NCBI RefSeq assembly: GCF_009914755.1 | Contig: NC_060932.1 | Origin: the human T2T-CHM13v2.0 reference genome, Homo sapiens | Reading direction: 5' to 3' (one strand) | Length of the DNA: 64,000 nt | Part shown: piece by piece, positions 61,871-64,000 of the stretch | Layout: every line of letters starts with the position of its first letter | How positions within the stretch are numbered: the first letter of the stretch is position 1 | The notes under the pieces: model-generated | Database searches by the model: none | What the model was told of the DNA's origin: nothing | The model's input: the letters and a program-made list of their open reading frames with translations, nothing else | Translations under genes and position numbers: made by a program

Positions 61871-63147
61871 GATGAACAAAGCCTTTGAAAAATATGGGAT
61901 TACGTAAAGCGACCAAACCCACCAGTTATAGGCATGCCTGAGGGAGAAAAAAGTTAAAGTCTTGGAAAACATTTTAGGAAATGCTTCAGGAAATTTTTCA
62001 TGGTCTTGATAGAGATGTAGATATGCAAATGCAAGATGCTCAGGGAACAACTAGAAGTTACTTTACAGGTGAATATCACCAAGGCATGTAGTCATCAGCC
62101 TATCCAAAGTCAACATGAAGAAAAAATCATAAGAGCACCTAAAGAAAAGCATCAAATCATCTATAAAGTAAATGCCGTCAGACTAACAGCAGACTTCTCA
62201 GCAGAAATCTTACAGACCAGGAGATTAAAGACCTATTTAAGCCTTCTTAAAACAAAAATACCAGCCCCAAATTTTATATCCTGCCAAATAAAACAGAGAC
62301 AAAGTCTTTCAAAGACAAGCAAATGCTAAGGAAATTTGTCACCACTAGACCAGCCCTGCAAGAAATGCTCAAAGAAGTTCTAAACATGGAAACAAAAGAA
62401 TCATACCATTATAAAAACACATGCAAGTGGCCAAGAAATATATAAAAAAAACTGCTCAGCATCAGTAATCATAAGAGAAATCCAAATCAAAACCAAATAA
62501 GATACTGTCACACCAGTCAGAATGGCTATTATCAAAAAGTCAAAAAAAACAACAGATGCTGGTGAGGCTGTGGAGAAAAGAGAATATTTATGCACTGTTG
62601 GTGGGGAAAGCAGTTTTGTAATATCTCAAGGAACTTAAAACAGATCAACCATTAGACCCAGCAATCCTATTACTGGGAATATGCTCAAAAGAAAATAAAT
62701 CAATAAACCAAAAGACACATGCACTTGCATGTTTATTACTGTGCTATTTACAACAACAAAGGCATGGAAAGTCAACCCAGCTGCCCCTCAACAGTAGATT
62801 GGACAAAGAAAATGTGATACATATACACCATAGAATACTACACAGCCAAAAGAAGAATAAAATCATGTTCTTTTAAGCAACATGGATAAAGCTGGAGGCT
62901 ATAATCCTAACCAAATTAACACAGAAACAGAAAATACTACATGTTCTCACTTATAAGTGGAAGCTAAATATTCAGCACACTGAGACATAAACATGGGAAC
63001 AACAGACACTGTAAACTACTAGATTGGGGAGGAAGAAAGGGGGGTATGGGTTGATAAACTACCTACTGCATAATATTCTTACTAACTGGGTACAATATAC
63101 CCTTGCAGCAATCAATCACATGTATCTCTGCATCAAAAATAATTGTT

Positions 63148-63447
63148 AGCCAGGCATGGTGGCTCACACCTGTAATTCCAGCACTCTGCAAGGCCAAGGT
63201 GAGTGGAACACTTGAGGTCAGGAGTTTGAGACCAGCCTGGCCAACATGGTGAAACCCCATCTCTATTAAAAATAGAAAAAATAAGGTGGGTGTGACAGCA
63301 TGGGCCTGTAATCCCAGCTACTCAGGAGGTTGAGACAGGAGAATCACTTGAACCTGGGAGGTAGAGGTTGTAGTGAGCTGAGACTGCACCACTGCACACC
63401 AGCCTAGGTGACACAGCAAGATCCTGTCTCAAAATAAATAAACAAAT
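63148..63447 (+). mobile_element. Alu (AluS/J)
   Basis: Full dimeric Alu with A-rich tail. Confidence 0.93.
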
Positions 63448-64000
63448 AATCATTAAAGTTAAAAAATATATACAAATACAAACCTCACAGATCTTATGAA
63501 GCAATCACAATTGAGACTCCAAAGAAACTAGATAACAATATTATGACAGGAATAAAATTTCATATATCAATATAAACCTTTAATGTACATGGCCTAAGTG
63601 CTCCACTTAAGAGATAGAGAATGGCAAATTGAATTTAAGACAACAAGATTCAGCCATTTGCTGCCAAGAGGAAACCCACCTAATGAATCAACACACTCAG
63701 ACTCAAAGTTAAGTGGTGGATAAAGGTGTACCATGCAAACAGAAAACAAAAATGAGCAGGAGCAATTGTACTTTTATCAGATAATACAGACATTAAATTA
63801 ACAACAACAAAAAAAGAGGTTATTATATAAAGAATTCAATTTAACAAGAAGATATAACTATTCTTAAAATACATACACCCCAAACTGGAAACCAAGGTTC
63901 ATTAACCAAATATGAGTAGACTGAATGAAAGACACAGACAGCAATATAGTAATAGCAGGGTGCTTCAACACCCCACTGACAGCAGTAGACAAATCATCAA

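Larger units (their letters stand above)
61350..64000 (+). mobile_element. Older L1 ORF1 to ORF2-EN, interrupted by Alus and an L1 3' end (~62425-63140)
   Basis: atatgggattacgtaaagcgaccaaac, RLTADFSAEILQ, later ggcctaagtgctccacttaagagatagagaatggca and cttcaacaccccactgacag. Confidence 0.85.

Overview
Primate, very probably human, non-coding genomic DNA dominated by interspersed repeats. I find no supportable host protein-coding exon, tRNA, rRNA or CRISPR array. The long ORFs in the track are retroelement remnants (L1 ORF1/ORF2, ERV gag, MaLR internal ORF). Contents in order: (1) a diverged tandem array of four ~1.5-kb units at ~4.37-10.75 kb, each carrying a ~310-bp fold-back palindrome, abutting a beta-satellite block at ~10.76-11.6 kb; (2) a decayed minus-strand class-I ERV with a tRNA-Pro PBS (HUERS-P3/LTR9-like, ~13.1-23.1 kb) that lacks RT and its 3' LTR and hosts a full-length THE1A and five Alus; (3) a full-length but ORF-broken L1PA2/3-type element at 26.5-32.5 kb; (4) old L2/MLT/L1M fragments; (5) a young 222-bp inverted duplication (45.6 and 47.7 kb); (6) a four-level nest of L1 > L1 > THE1D > Alu at 51-64 kb. 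The best candidate for something undescribed is the hairpin-bearing 1.5-kb tandem array. Subfamily names come from recalled consensus motifs, not a database search, and boundaries are approximate unless a TSD is quoted.
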